Below, piece after piece: positions 50,286 through 64,000 of a stretch of DNA of 64,000 nt (its first letter is position 1; the number at the start of each line of letters is the position of its first letter). A program made the position numbers and the translations under genes. The notes beneath the pieces were generated by a model. It did no database searches. It was given only the letters and a program-made list of their open reading frames with translations, and was not told where the DNA came from. The DNA comes from Callorhinchus milii (lineage: Eukaryota). The stretch lies in assembly GCF_018977255.1 (NCBI RefSeq), contig NW_024704742.1, positions 132,310,001-132,374,000 on the forward strand, given 5' to 3'.

Positions 50286-53200
50286 GCACTGCATTGCACT
50301 GGAATGACAGTCCAAAGTCCCAATGTGGTGTGGGGTGGGATAGGACAGGGAGGGATTGGAGTGCGGGGACGAGGATTTTGAATTCAATCCATCAGGACAG
50401 CCTGAGGATACAAAGGGATTGTCGCCCAGGTCAGTCTGGCTCACTGTCGCCTCTGAGTCAGAAGGTTGTGGGTTCAAATCCTACATCAGGACTTGAACTC
50501 CAGTCTAAACTGACACACCAGGCAATGCTCTAGTGTGTTGCATTGTCTGAGGTGTCGTCCTGCGGACCAGACCAAAACCGACTGCCTGCTCAGGTACACT
50601 ATTCGAAAAGAGAGGTGTCCTGGCCAACAATCCCTCAAATAAATTGTTCCTTCATTTCATGGCTGTTTGCGGGACATTGCTGTGTGCGTGTTGTGCTGCC
50701 GTGTTTGCCTACAAACACAGTCACTCCATTTCACAGTAATTCTTGCGAAGCACTTTGAAAGGTCCTCCCGACGTGATAAGGCGCTTTACCAAACGCAAGG
50801 ATTATTGTTATGATATAGAGAGATTGCTGCCCGGGTCAGTGCCAGGCCTGACATAAAGGGATTGTCTCCCGGAGCAAAAATAACTCCAGCTCCAATGATG
50901 CTTGTATTTTTCCACCACAGCGTATGAATTCATTGATCACCATGGCAATGCTCTCCGCTATCCTTTCACATTCATTGTGAAACATAGCAACTACTCAGGG
51001 CATTTTGCCGATATAACCATGAGATTCACCCATAAAACGCCACACAGGGAATCGCGTGAAGGGCTTTGGGATGCCGACTTTCGGATGAGACGTCAAACCG
51101 AGGTCCCAGGCTGCCTGTTCAGCCGGATGTTAAAGGCACTATCTGAAAAGAGAAGCGAATTCCTCTCGGTGTCTTGGCAAAACAATCCCCCAAAATAAAA
51201 TTTGTTCGTTCACTTCATGGCTGTTTGTTGGACATAGCTGCATAGAAATTGGCTGCCTCATTCACCTAAACAAATACACACAGTCATTGCAATTCACAAT
51301 AAATCCTGTGAAGCATTTCGAGCCGTCCTATCGACGTGAAAGGAGATATACCAAATACAATAATTATTGTATTGTTATTCTAAACATGATAAAGTCTAAT
51401 TTTATTTCAAGATGTCCAAAGTTTAGATCTGGAATGCTGTGCAGAATTTACATGAGTGTGTTCTTTTTTTTAAAATCTTATTTTATTTGCTTGTCTATTG
51501 TTACCGCAATTGCATTTTCTAAGCGTAGCTTTTTTGGCATATTTGCAAAACGGATTGACTGCGTAATTTGTGGGCGAAAGGCGGCAGCCAATTGCGCACA
51601 GCAGTGTCCCACAAACAGTCACCAAATTATTATTATTTTTTGCAAGGGATTATTACCCCGGAAAGCGATCCGCCAATCAGCTAACAACTGGGTACCGACC
51701 TACCGCTAGGAAAACAGAGACAAGTGGAGTAAAGAAATTTAACTAAGGTTTCGCTCTGCCCGGGAATCGAACCTGGGTCCTCTCGCTTGCGAGGTAAACA
51801 CGCTAACCCCTTCAATAAGAGAATACACAATGTGCTGTCCATTTTTTTTTACATTCTTTTATTTATACAGTAAGGAAAAAACAAAACAAAATCGCAAAAA
51901 AAAATTAAACGAGGTCAAGAAAAAAGAACCTTAGAGAGGTTTAGAGAGATTAGCAGCGGTGATCACCCTGCAGAATCACAATGCCGTTTGAAATTCAGCC
52001 AAGGATGCAGCCAATGTAACCCAAAATGTGTGTGTGATTTTAAAAAGATGTATTGATCAAGAATGGGATTCTGAAGGCCTCTTTGAAACCTCCGCAGCCC
52101 TTCGCAAAATTCTGCTTCCGGTTCCTTTTGCTTCTGCAGGTACAGAAGGGCTGCTGCTGTGGTTGTTATTTTTGTGCTACATTCAGCTGTTCCTCATCCC
52201 ACTCCCTGCCCTCCCATGAACACAGGCTCTACTGTGACAGGTCTTGACATGGAGCGCCTTGCAGGGCTGAACTCTGTCTGTCCACCTTTATTTGATCCAC
52301 ATTTTATTGTTAACCATTTTGTGGGACGCTGCTGCGCGCAAATTGGCTGCTGTGTTTCGTTGACAAAATACACAATCAATCCATTTTACAGCATATCCTG
52401 AGAGGCGCTGTGAGACATCTCGAAGATATGATAAGGCTCCATATCAAATGCAAGGATCAGCATTATCGTCGTTGTTGTCGTTGAAGTATAGTGACTGTGA
52501 CAATGTGACGCGATGATTTACTATCACGTGTGGTGGCAATATTAGCATTTGAGAGTGCCCAGAATTTAGCAAGTTGTTGAATTCAACCACAACGTTGAAG
52601 GTGGATAGGAGGGCAATGATTCCGTGGCGCTTTTTGAAAGGAGAAGGGAGTTTCTTTCCGTGTCCTGGCCAACGATCCTGCCAGATAAAAATGTCACAGG
52701 GCATGACACACAGGCTGAGAAGTCAAAGGCAAAAGTCTACACATCAGTCCTGTAATGGAAACATGTTTCAGGTTGTTTGACTTTGTGCTTTGATTCCTTC
52801 CACCCACCAATCTCGTTAAAATTATCATTTCTTTCTGTTGTTGTTATTATTATTTGTATCTCCTCTCATTTTAGCTTTCTTTTGAACCTTTTTTTTAAAA
52901 AAAAAGGCTCGTTTTATCTCCTTGTCGCTGTGCCCCACATTTCCTCGCTGCCTCACAATCCCTGAGCTTCTGTTTTTTCCTGATAAAAACGAAAGGAAAC
53001 ACATCTTTCCACCTGATACCAAGTCCATCCATTTCTTCAGTATTCCCAGAGCCTCCCATCCTATTCCATTCCTACTTCAGTGTTAATTTCAGCCCTCTCT
53101 TGCTGCCCCTCCCTCCTCTTTCCCTCCCCAATTCTCTTTCTATTTCCTTAACCGTGCCTCCTGCCACCCTCTATCAAATTACTTCTTTCATTTCTTTTCC

Positions 53201-54424
53201 TCTCTTCCCCGTCTTCCCTTCCTTTGTCCTCGCCTCCGTCCTCTCATCATATCAATTCTCTTTGAAATCTCAGTTCCTTCCAGGTTTCCCTTTGCTCCTG
53301 TTTCTCTGTGATACAAATCCCAACCTCTATTGTACTTGCCTAGAATTCCTTTCTCAGTGTCTCTCAGGTTTTAACCTCCAATTAAAGAGAAGCTCAGATC
53401 ATGATTCACGTAGCATTTCAGGGAGTCCAGAATTTGGCAAATCCTTAAAACGCAACCTTCAATTATGAAGCTGTTTTGCTGTCATTTTCTTTTAAGAAAC
53501 TACAGGAGTGGGGGGGAAAAAATCAGAGCAAAGACTGAATTCAACAATTTTGCCAACTTCTGGACAACCTAAAATGCTTCAAAAACAGTAACGACAATAG
53601 GGCCTTTCACGTCAGGAGGATCTAACAGAATAATAAACGTAATCATTATTATCAATATTATATATTAATAATAATCCTTGCATTTGACATAGGTCAGGAG
53701 GATGTCTCAAAAAGCTTCACAAGATTTATGTTTGCAGGTGAATTGTAGGCAGGAGACAATTTGTGCACAGCGTGACCCACAAACAACCACGAACTGAATG
53801 ATCGATTTTATCCTGAGGATAGTCAGACACTTGAAAGGGCCTTAACGCTTGGATTTTCCTTTTAAAAAGATGAAATGAGCGCTCAAAAGTACAAATTACA
53901 GGTAATAATAATAATCCCTCCATTTGATATGGCGCCTTATCACGTCTTCTAGACGTCTCAAAGTGCTTCACAGAATGCACTGTAAAGTGAATCGGCTGTA
54001 TATTTTGTAGGCGAAACACAGCAGTCAATTGCACATAGCAGCGTCCCACAAACAGCCATAGAGTGAGTGATCGATTGTATTTTGCGGCGATTGTTGGCTC
54101 AGACAATGGGAGAAACTCCTTTCTCTTTTTGAATACTGCCCACAGGATTTTTGTCGTCCTCCTGAACAGAGAGAACATCCGAAGGTTGTAAATCCAAAAG
54201 TTGTAAATCAGGATTGCTCTCTGTGGTACGCTGGTAAAAGAAGGCAGATAAACGTGTGCATTTGGTATGGCGCCTTATCACATCGTTGAGACATCTTAAA
54301 GCGCTTCACAGAATATATTGTAAAGTAGATTGACTGTATAATTTGTGAGTGAATCGTGGCAACCAATTGTGGACAGCAGTGACCCCCAAACAGTCGTGGA
54401 TTGAGTGACCATATTTATAATAAT

Positions 54425-54740
54425 AAATAATAATAATCCTTGCATTTGATAGATATAGCTCCTTATCACATCTTCTAGACATCTCAAAGCGCTTCACACA
54501 ATATACTGTAAAGTGAATTGGCTGTATATTTGTGGGCGAAACGCGGCAGCCAATTGTGCACAGCAGCGTCCCACAAACAGTCGTGGATTGAAGTGACCAG
54601 TTTATTATTGTTTTTTCTCTTGAGGGATTATTATCAGGCGGGTGGAGCAAGGAAACCTGCCCAAGATTTTGCCCTGAATCGAACCCAGGTCTACTCGCTT
54701 GCGAGGCGAGTGCTGTGACCACTGAGCTACAGGACTCCAC
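54425..54740 (-). mobile_element. SINE family A, intermediate short form
   Basis: Reverse complement matches the 34481-34793 type. Ends in gagctacaggactccac. Confidence 0.88.
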
Positions 54741-57611
54741 TTGGAGGAACGCTCTGTAAAGTAGCCAGAACAGACACAATGGGTCAAATGGCCTTGTTCT
54801 GTGCTGTAAATGTCTATGATTTCTATGGATGGAACTGGATGGAGCAATGAAAGGAAACAAAAGCCATTGAAATCCAAACCCAGGCTCCGACTGCCACCTG
54901 GTGACCATTGATTGGATTGCCAGTCGTGGACACAAACAACATCCTTGAAATTTATCGCTACAAATACGTTACCATGACAGCGTTGGGATCCCTACAGAAT
55001 AATGGTAAACATTTTCAGTTTGTTTCTCATCAAACAAAAAAGCCTACTTCAATATATCAGTCTCACGGGTAGAAAGATAGTCAAACAGCTAAGTGTATGT
55101 GAGGGAATAATCTCAGTCAGATATTGACTGAAATAAAGAAGATTTTTCCACTGAGTCAGAAGTTTGTGGGTTCAGGCCCCACCTCTGAGACTTTGAGCTC
55201 AGCGCCGAGGCTGAAACTCTAGTGGGATGTTGGGGGAGGGCCGCGTTGTGTGAGGTGATGTCCTTCGACTGAGACGTTAAACTGCCTGTCAAAAAGTGAA
55301 ATGTCATGGCCAGCAATCAAACCAGGCAAAAAAACATTGGTCACTCACGTCATTTTGTGGCTGTTCGTGGGACATCACTGCGCGCATATTGGCTGCCATG
55401 TTTGTCGGTGTAAAATATACAGTCACTACAATTGATAGCAATTGCCTGTGAAGCTCTTTGAATGTTTTCAACATTGGATCTGTGAAGTCCGAGGCGTTAT
55501 TATTCTATAAAGTCAGTTTATCTTCTTGCAGTTGATGCTGGAAATGCCCCTCACAAGAATCGGCTTATAATTTCTTATCAATAAGTTACAAAAAAAATGT
55601 CAAGTGAGTTAATGCATTCACAAGCATATCTCATCTTAACAGGAGCCACAGTCGTGAAATCCACAACAGTGGGGCAGCTTTAGACCCTAATTTCAGAGCA
55701 ACATCTTGCAGTTATCTGGGCCGACACTGTTGGAGGTGCCGTCCTTCAGATGAGATGTTAAACCGAGATCCCGCTTGCTGATTCAGGTGGATTGGGACCT
55801 ACTCGAAACGAAGGGAAGTGTCCCGGTGTTCTGGCCAAGAATCCTCCAGATAAATTTATTAATTCGCTTCATGGGTGTTTGTGGAACAACACTGTGCGTA
55901 AATTGCTGTGACAACGTCTCGACACGCATCACCGGATGTACTGTAACGTGTAGTGACTGTGTGTTTTGTAGGCAAATGCAGCAGCCAACAGGGTGAGATC
56001 ATAACAGGTCGAAAGTCCTTTCTTCGTGCAAACCTCTCCTATGATCTCCAATCAGGGTTTTAATGCCTCATTGTAATTTAAAAACATACACATCTGGAAG
56101 CCAGCAGAGTCAAGGCAGACTTCGGATCTCTGTTAAATCTCTTTTTAACAGATATACCTTAAAGACCTCCGACACACAGCGCAGTGAATCGCCACAGTGA
56201 ACCAGTGCTCTGGGACAGCCGTTTCCTTTGATGTGACTTTATTACAGAAATAACAGGGAAGGATCCCAATGGAGATTAAAAACTTCCCCACTGAACACTC
56301 ATCTCCAACACCTGACCAGTGTTCAGAAACCCATTAGCCAAGGCTGGAAATAAGGAGTCTCCCAATGGCACAAAGCAAGGCTCGTACCAACACTCAGTAA
56401 GTGATAACTACACTGGGCAAGGAAGCACTGCAGTTTCTCCAGGTGTCCTGGCCAAAAATCCCTCAAATAAAATTGGTCACTCACTCCATGGGTGTTTGTG
56501 GGACACTGCTGTGGGCAATTGGCGGCACGTTTTACCCACAAAATTCAATTCACTTTACAGTATAACCTATGAAGCGCTTTGAGATGTCTCAACAAGATGA
56601 TAAGGTGCTACATCAAATGCAAGAATTATTATTATTACTATTTCTCCAGGTGCTTTTCCTTACAGGTATGGATAGGTTACCATCAGCTGGTAAATTAGAT
56701 GTGAGAACTTCAATGGTAATATAATATAATAATCCTTGCATTTGATACCGCGCCTTTCACGTCAGGAGGACGTCCCAAAGCACTTCGCAGGATTTGTTGT
56801 GAAGTGCAGTGACTATATATTTGTCAGTGAAAGCAGCAGGTGATTTGTGCACAGTGATATATAATATATAATATCCCATAAACAGCCACGTAGTGAATAA
56901 CCAATGTTTACCTGTTTGAAAAGAGAAGTCCTGGCAAGGGGTTGTTATCCAGGACTTTTCTTTTCGAACAGTGTTGTGGGATGTTTAACATCCACCTGAA
57001 CAGCCAGGCGGGAACTTGATGCTTATCCAGCTAAGATGATCATAACTGTTAGGGCAATGGTTAAAAAGCGTTGAGTGGGAAGAATCTAAACCCCCAGAGA
57101 TTATCTTGCCAATGAGTTAGCCTGTGCTGCCATCAGCAGTACCCTGGAATATCACGGACTCGCCTGGCTCAGGAACCTAGCTACAGAGACTGATAAAGAG
57201 GATGCCTCTATAGTGGAAGCTTGAACCCTCCCTCATTCGCTCACTCTCTCCTGTCCTCTGCTTGTCGTGGACTTGACAAGTGTCCTACTGGATGCTCCTC
57301 GGTTATCCCACTAGGTTCTCAGAGCCGGGAAGGAGAACTCTTTGGCAGCACGGCCTGTACAACTCAAATCTAACCTGCGCTGCGACTCTTTATTCTACCA
57401 CTGAAGAGAGATATTGAGTGCTCTTTGTCCTTTCCCAGTGCTACGCCAAAGTAGAGCTTAAGCCTATTTTTTTTGCTCTGTTTTTCAGAGTCACCATCCG
57501 CCAGCACTGAAACCCCCGAGACCCAAGGTGAACCTGAGGTTAGGGTAGAACGAAATGCATCGCAGCGTCTGCGCACACTCAGTTCAACTGTGGCCGCTGT
57601 ACATACTCGTA

Positions 57612-57982
57612 GGAGTCCTGTAGCTCAGTGGTTAGAGCACTTGCCTCGCAAGCAAGAGACCTGGGTTTGATTCCCGGCAGGGCAAAACGTTGGGCAAGTT
57701 TCTTTACTCCACACGCCTCTGTTTACTTAGCAGTGAGTAGGAATCCAGTTGTTAGTCGATTGGCAGTTTGCTTTTCCGGGGGTAATAATTAAAAAACAAA
57801 TAAAAAACATTTTGGTCACTCAATCCACAGCTGTTTGTGGGACACTGCTGTGCGCAGTTGGCTGCTGCATTTGCCCACAACATATACAGTCAATATACTT
57901 TACAGTATATTCTGTGAAGCGTTTTGAGACGTCTCGAAGACGTGTTAAGGTGCTATATCAAATGCAAGGATTATTATTATTA
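57612..57982 (+). mobile_element. SINE family A long form
   Basis: ggagtcctgtagctcagtggttagagcac head through to aaatgcaaggattatt tail. Confidence 0.9.
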
Positions 57983-58205
57983 CTTCAACAAGTCTCAGGT
58001 GGCAGGGAGAGGGTTGTTTTACCTCAGGGAGCCCAGGAACACAGCCTTCTCCATCCCTCGCTGCCCCTAAATACTGTCCCAGACTAATATTTTTTTCTCC
58101 CCAGACCGCAGAGTATAACCAGCCAAGTCAGGCGATCGCAAGATAATGATAAAAGCATAAGGTTCAATCAATCAGAATCGATCAATCCCAAGGTATAGCT
58201 CGCAG

Positions 58206-58219
58206 GTGCCCTCTGCCGG
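58206..58219 (-). promoter_or_regulatory. Candidate CTCF site
   Basis: Minus strand reads CCGGCAGAGGGCAC, close to the core consensus CCASYAGRKGGCRS. Confidence 0.4.
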
Positions 58220-58639
58220 CCTGCTTCATTATTAACAGAGATTGACAATAATAATGTAGAATAATCCTTACATTTGAAACTGTGCCTTTCACATCGCGAG
58301 CACGTCCCAAAGCAATTCCCACGATATACTGTAAAGTGAAGTGCAATGACTTGTGTTTTTTGGACAAAGGTGGCAGCCAATTTGCACACAGCAGCGTCCC
58401 ACAAACAGCCATAAAATAAAATGACCAGTTTTATCTGGAAGATTGTTGACCAGGAAGGAACTTCCTTTTCTTTTTGAATAGTGGCATTGGATCTTTAACG
58501 TCCACCTGAACAGGCAGGTTTAACGTCTCGTCAATACGCTTCACAAGATGCAATTGGCTGCTGTGTTTCGCCCACAAAATATAGTCAATTCACTTCACAG
58601 TATATTTACATCTTCACAATATATTCACAGTATACTTAA

Positions 58640-59038
58640 TAATAATAGTAATAATATTAATAATCCTTGTATTTGTAATAGCACCTTAGCATCTCTTCGA
58701 GACGTCTCAAAGCACTTCACAGAATATTGGGAATAAAGTAAACTGACTGTACATTTTGTGGGCAAAACGCGACAGCCAACTGCACACGGTCGTGTCCCAC
58801 AAGCAGTCATAGATTGAGTGACCAAATTATAATTTTTTTAACGTTTATTTTTGAAATGATTATTACCCCAGGCAAAGCGATCCGCCAATCGACCTATAAA
58901 CAGGTTTCTACTTACTGCTAGGTAAACAGAGGCGTGTGGAGTAGGGAAGCTTGCCTAACATTTTGTACTGCCCAGGAATCAAACCCAGGTCTTCTCGCTT
59001 GCGAGGCGAGCGCTCCAACCAACACACTACAGGACTCC
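58640..59038 (-). mobile_element. SINE family A long form
   Basis: Full-length reverse-complement copy. Confidence 0.87.
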
Positions 59039-60242
59039 AAAGGCGCTATTTCAAATGCAAAAATTATTATTATACAGTGGCTTGTCACGTCGCTGAGACA
59101 TTTCAAAGAGCTTCACAGAAGATTCTTTTCAGTTACCTGGGCCTTTGTCAAGTTGCAATTACTGGCCTACAGCTCCTTTATCAATAGAGATGATTTGGGA
59201 AGATCCTCCTCCGCATAGTAAATAAACTTGTACGGTGTAAGTGCAGCAGACAGCACTTTAGTGGATTTACTGATAGAACTGTCCAATGCAAGTAACTCTG
59301 CACAGCTTCTTCAGAAGAGCAATAAACTGCCTTGCAAAGTCATTAAATCAAAGCAACTCAAGCTTCCATGCTGGACTTTCATAATCTTTTGTCTTCATAT
59401 TTTTATTTCCCCAATTTTTCTGCTCTCCTAAAGGCATTCTCGTTGCCTCGCCCAACTGTCCTCCAGATAAATTGGGCCGTTCACCTCATGACATGTCTGT
59501 GGGACGTCACCATGCGCAGATCGTCTGCTGCCTTCGGCTAGAGAATGCACAGTCACTACACTTGAAAGCAATGATTCAGGGCCTAGTCAAAGAGAAATGG
59601 GCCTTGAAGGAGCCAATGGAAGGGACGAGGTAGAGGGATTCTGGGATCGAGTTCCATAGGGTGGGGGCAGAAAGGAGGAAGGTCAGACTCCACTTTATGG
59701 TATAACCTATGAAGCTCTTTGAGACATCCTCCTGACTTGAATAATACAATATCGAATGCAAGAATTATTATTATTACATCAAGGGATATCAAAAAAGGTT
59801 GGGGCATTAGGATTTAAAAATATGCTGAGATCTAAAACTGGTGGAACAGGCTAAATGGGCTGAATGGCCTCCTCCTCCTATTTTCCTACATTCTTTTAAG
59901 GTGTTATAAAAATTAGAAGTATTAACACATCCCACAAAAAAAAATTATTATTCAGAAATCGCCCCTTTGTATTCATTAATAGACGACAAGTTAAAGTGTT
60001 ATTTTATCCTCTGGCAGTATTATGAGTGAAATTATTTTCACATACCGCGGTGTCAGGGCTAATAATGGTACCTGGAGCTTCACTAAGATAGACTAAACCG
60101 ACAGGGAATAAACTAAATCATTGCTACGCCTGCGATTTTAAAGGAGCGATAACTTATAATTAAAATCTGTAACAACAACAAAAAAATACCTTTTGGTGAT
60201 TTTTATGTCCCCATTCTGCAAGAATGTAAGCTTATATGACAA

Positions 60243-60565
60243 CCTGGCTCAGTTGGTAGCACTCTCACATCTGAGTCACAAGATTGTGGGTTCAGGTCCC
60301 ACACAGGTCCCATCTCCCTGTCCAGGTGGGTGTTAAAGTTCCCATAACACTATTCAAAAAGAGAAGGGAGTTTCTCTCAGAGTCTTGGCCAACGATGCCC
60401 CAAATAACAACTTCATTGGTTGTTTGTGTGACACCTCTGTGTGCAAATTGGCTGCCGCGTTCACCTACAAAATACAGTCACACCACTTTACAACAATTCT
60501 TGTGAAGCGCTTTGAGACGTCTAGAAGACGTGATAAGGCGCTATATCAAATGCAAGGATTATTAA
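60243..60565 (+). mobile_element. SINE family B, internally deleted
   Basis: cctggctcagttggtagcactctcacatctgagtca head through to gataaggcgctatatcaaatgcaaggattatt tail. Confidence 0.82.
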
Positions 60566-61674
60566 AAGCAGATCTTTAAGTCAAAAACTGTAACAAAATA
60601 AAATGTTATTGGTCTCTACAGCTGACAGGTTGGCTATTTTGGTTGCAACCATCACGCAGCTGGCAACTGGTGCCACATAATAATAATAATTGTATTTAAT
60701 ATAGTGTCTTATTACATCACTGAGACCAATAATACAACACAATTGGCCTCAATTGGTGCAGAGTGGCAATCTCATACAAGAGGATTCAGACTAATATATT
60801 GCTGGGATGCATTCAGATGTTTTGACAATACATCCACTATAAAAATGCAAGTTCTTGGTTCAGTACTAATCCTTGCAGTTGACTCAGCACCTTACCACGT
60901 TGTTGAAACGTGCATTTTACCTCAACTTACCATCTCACCCAAAGCAGGGCACCTCCGAAAATGCACTGCACTCCCAGCATTGCATGGGAGTGTCAGCCCA
61001 GACTGTGTGAGCTTAAAGTTCTGACTTGATAGGGCTTGAACCCACTACCTCCTGTCTTAGAGGTGAGAATGCTACTAACTGAGCCAGACTGACAATACGT
61101 GGCCATGCCAAATTTTTCAACACTTCGAAAAGTTTCTGGAGAGACAGACTCTACTTAAAGTGCTATTTTATTACTAGTCAGCAGTAAAAACACAGCATTG
61201 GCAACTCTCCTCTCCATCTACTTCAAACCCCACAAAAGCTGCTGTAGCCAGAACCATGACTTGTAAACATCTAGACTCGTTATATAATAATAATAAGAAA
61301 AAACACTTTAAATGGTGAAGGCACAGAGAGATGCCAAGCCATCTCAGCAGAAATTTGAGTTTGTCTCTGCAAAAATAAAAGTCTGCAAAGCAATCCACAC
61401 TCTGCCACACTACCCAATATTGCAGGGACATCTCTGTGCGCAAATTGACTGCCGCATTCGCCTATAAAAATACAGTCACAACATCCCGTGAAGCGCTTCG
61501 AGACTTAATCCCTGAGTAAAAGGTGCTATTTCAAATGTTAGAATTGTTATTTTTGTTAAGTCACTTTGTGCCTCAGACAATGGGACAGGTTTACTGCCCG
61601 TTAACAGTTGGGTAACTATATTGTATGGCCAGGAATTAGTCTATAAACACAGCCAAAGCCCTGATCATTCATAT

Positions 61675-62047
61675 TAATAAAATAATAATAATCCTTGCAT
61701 TTGTATAGTATCTTATCACATCTTTGAGATATCTCAAAGTGCTTCACAGAATATATTGGGAAGTTAATTGAGTGTATATTTTGTGGATAAGATGTGACAG
61801 CTAATTAATTGCACACAGCAGTGTCCCACAAACAGGCGTGGACTGAGTTAACCAGGGATTTGAAGGGAATATTACCCCCAGAAAGAGATCTGCCAATCGA
61901 CTAACAATTGGGTTCCTACTTACTGCTAGGTAAACAGAGACGTGTGGAGTAAGGAAACTTTCCTAAGGTTTCACCCTGCCGGGAATTGAACCCAGGTCTT
62001 CTCGCTTGCGAGGCGAGTGCTCTAACCTCTGTGCTACAGGACTCCAC
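61675..62047 (-). mobile_element. SINE family A long form
   Basis: Full-length reverse-complement copy ending gctacaggactccac. Confidence 0.88.
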
Positions 62048-62443
62048 AGAAGGGGAGAAAGTTTGTGGTTAACCCGAATGCATGTTGTCTTGCTGTCCAG
62101 GCTCACACATGAGCAGTGTTCACTTGGGGGAAGGTACAGGAGGGTAACAGTGCTGGTGAAGGTTAGGGCACAGAATCCTCAACAGAGAGGAAAAGGAACT
62201 AAAATGATCCAGTAAAACCCCCAGGCAAAATTTAACCAGTTAAAGCCGGATAGCTTGTCATTGCCAGCACCTTGAGATGTCCTCCCAACGTAAAAGGCGC
62301 TGTATAAATGTAATTTAGTATTGTATTGAGAGCACTGTCTGGCAGCTTCTTTCTGCTTACCCAGTGAGCACCACCCAATCCGCTAGGGTTTTGGCCTGCA
62401 GGGTTAACAGCGTCTAAATGGGAAGTAGTCCTAGTAGTAGTTC

Positions 62444-62763
62444 GGAGTCCTGTAGCTCAGTGGTTAGAGCACTCGCTTTGCAAGCGAGAGACCTGAGTTC
62501 AATTCCAGGCAGAGGGTGAAACCTTGGGCAAGTTTCCTTACTCCACACTCCTAATAATAATCCCTCCAAAACCCAAAACAATAATAAATTGGTCATTTTC
62601 AATCTACGACTGTTTGTGGGACATTGCTGTGCGCAATTGGCTGCCGCATTCGCCCACAAATATAGTCAATTCACTTTACAGTGTGTTCTGTGAAGCGCTT
62701 TGGGACGTCCTCCCGACGTGAAAAGCGCTATATCAAATGCAAGGATTATTATTATTATTATTA
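62444..62763 (+). mobile_element. SINE family A short form (young)
   Basis: Near-identical to the other short-form copies. Confidence 0.94.
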
Positions 62764-63078
62764 AGTAGGTTTTTTTTCACCAACAAAATAGTCAATCCAC
62801 TTTACAGTATATCCTGTGAAGCACTTTGAGATATCTCAACGAAGTGATAAGGTGCTGTATAAAATGTATCAAATTATTATTATTATTGCAGAATCCAGTT
62901 TCTTCTGCCAATGAGCCAGGCTGCCTGGTCTGGTGTACTTTGGACCCATTCTGGCTTAGGAACCAGACTATCGAACCCATTACAGAGGATCTGACTCGAT
63001 TCCAACATTCACTTCCCACTTAGCTCCCCACAAGGAAGAAACCTACCATTTGCTGAGTTTCTTTCGACATAGAACAGA

Positions 63079-63399
63079 GTGGAGTCCTGTAGCTCAGTGG
63101 TTAGAGCACTCGCTTTGCAAGCGAGAGACCTGGATTCAATTCCAGGCAGAGGGCGAAACCTTGGGCAAGTTTCCTTACTCCACACACCTAATAATAATCC
63201 CTCCAAAACAAAAAACAATAATAAAATTGGTCATTTTCAATCTACGACTGTTTGTGGGACATTGCTGTGCGCAATTGGCTGCCGCGTTCGCCCACAAATA
63301 TAGTTAATTCACTTTACAGTGTGTTCTGTGAAGCGCTTTGGGACGTCCTCCCGATGTGAAAAGCGCTATATCAAATGCAAGGATTATTATTATTATTAT
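63079..63399 (+). mobile_element. SINE family A short form (young)
   Basis: Near-identical to the other short-form copies. Confidence 0.94.
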
Positions 63400-64000
63400 A
63401 AAAGCAGTGCCCAAGGTTCAACAACTCCAACTTGTCCGATAGAGATAAAGCGTGAGCCACTTTCAAGCTTTAATTTCTTTGAAGTCTTATATTTACGGGA
63501 CATTAATCAGAGGCTCAGCCCCACCCCTCCCCTTCCTGCAAAACTTTAAACAAGCTCATATAGAATTTCTTACGGCACAGAAAACAAAGACCCCACCTCC
63601 CCCGCTTAGGTAATAATGTTCCTAAGGCCCATTGAACTTCGGATTTAGTGTTTAACTTTTTTTTCATCATTCGTGTGTTCTAATATCAAGTCCAGATGGT
63701 TTAACCTCAGCAAATCTAGATACAAGATAAATCACACCAATCTCCCTGCAAAAAATAACTTGTGTTTGAACCTCTGACAAGTAAATGCAAAATCGTCAAT
63801 TCCGCGCAGAGGAAAATTGAAAGTGAAACCATTCAAGTTTATATGTCCTTTTTTCTTTTACGAATGATGCGTTATGCTGCTTTTTTAATGCACCATTGGG
63901 TCAGCCTGGCTGTCTGTAGCTCTCACCTCTGTGTCGGAAGGTTTGTGAGTTCAAGCCCCACATTGGGACTGTCTAGTGTGACGTTCGTGTTGCATTGTTC

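Noticed and set aside
63079..63150. tRNA-Ala(TGC) gene-like sequence, also at the other family A heads
   Set aside because: Each continues into the SINE body and tail and lacks a proper acceptor stem, so these are SINE heads and not tRNA genes.
1..64000. CRISPR array or prokaryotic operon-type system
   Set aside because: The repeats are dispersed retroposons with no regular repeat-spacer period, and the sequence is eukaryotic.

Overview
This is a vertebrate, repeat-dominated window with no protein-coding host gene that I can support. Most of the long ORFs are retroposon-derived and the rest look like chance or low-complexity frames. The main content is (i) three long decayed L2 LINE copies plus shorter fragments, and one fairly intact 5'-truncated CR1 LINE; and (ii) dozens of tRNA-derived SINEs in two related families. 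Family A has a tRNA-Ala-like head and occurs as a long form and a younger internally deleted short form. Family B resembles the DeuSINE/SacSINE1 type. Both families end in an L2-like 3' stem-loop and a (TTA)n tail. This repertoire points to a cartilaginous fish, possibly a chimaera; that is inference from recalled repeat consensus sequences and has not been verified. Between the repeats are several repeat-free islands rich in homeobox motifs, which are enhancer/CNE candidates. There is also a CpG-enriched promoter-like segment at about 42.4-42.65 kb with CCAAT, MYB and CRE-like motifs and two GTAAGT donors, followed by possible + strand exons. Other points of interest: a covarying 3' hairpin shared by the SINEs and L2 subfamilies, a hAT-like MITE nested in a SINE, an unclassified 352-bp insertion with a TSD, and local duplications. 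I found no convincing novel multi-gene system. Repeat boundaries were read by eye and are approximate.
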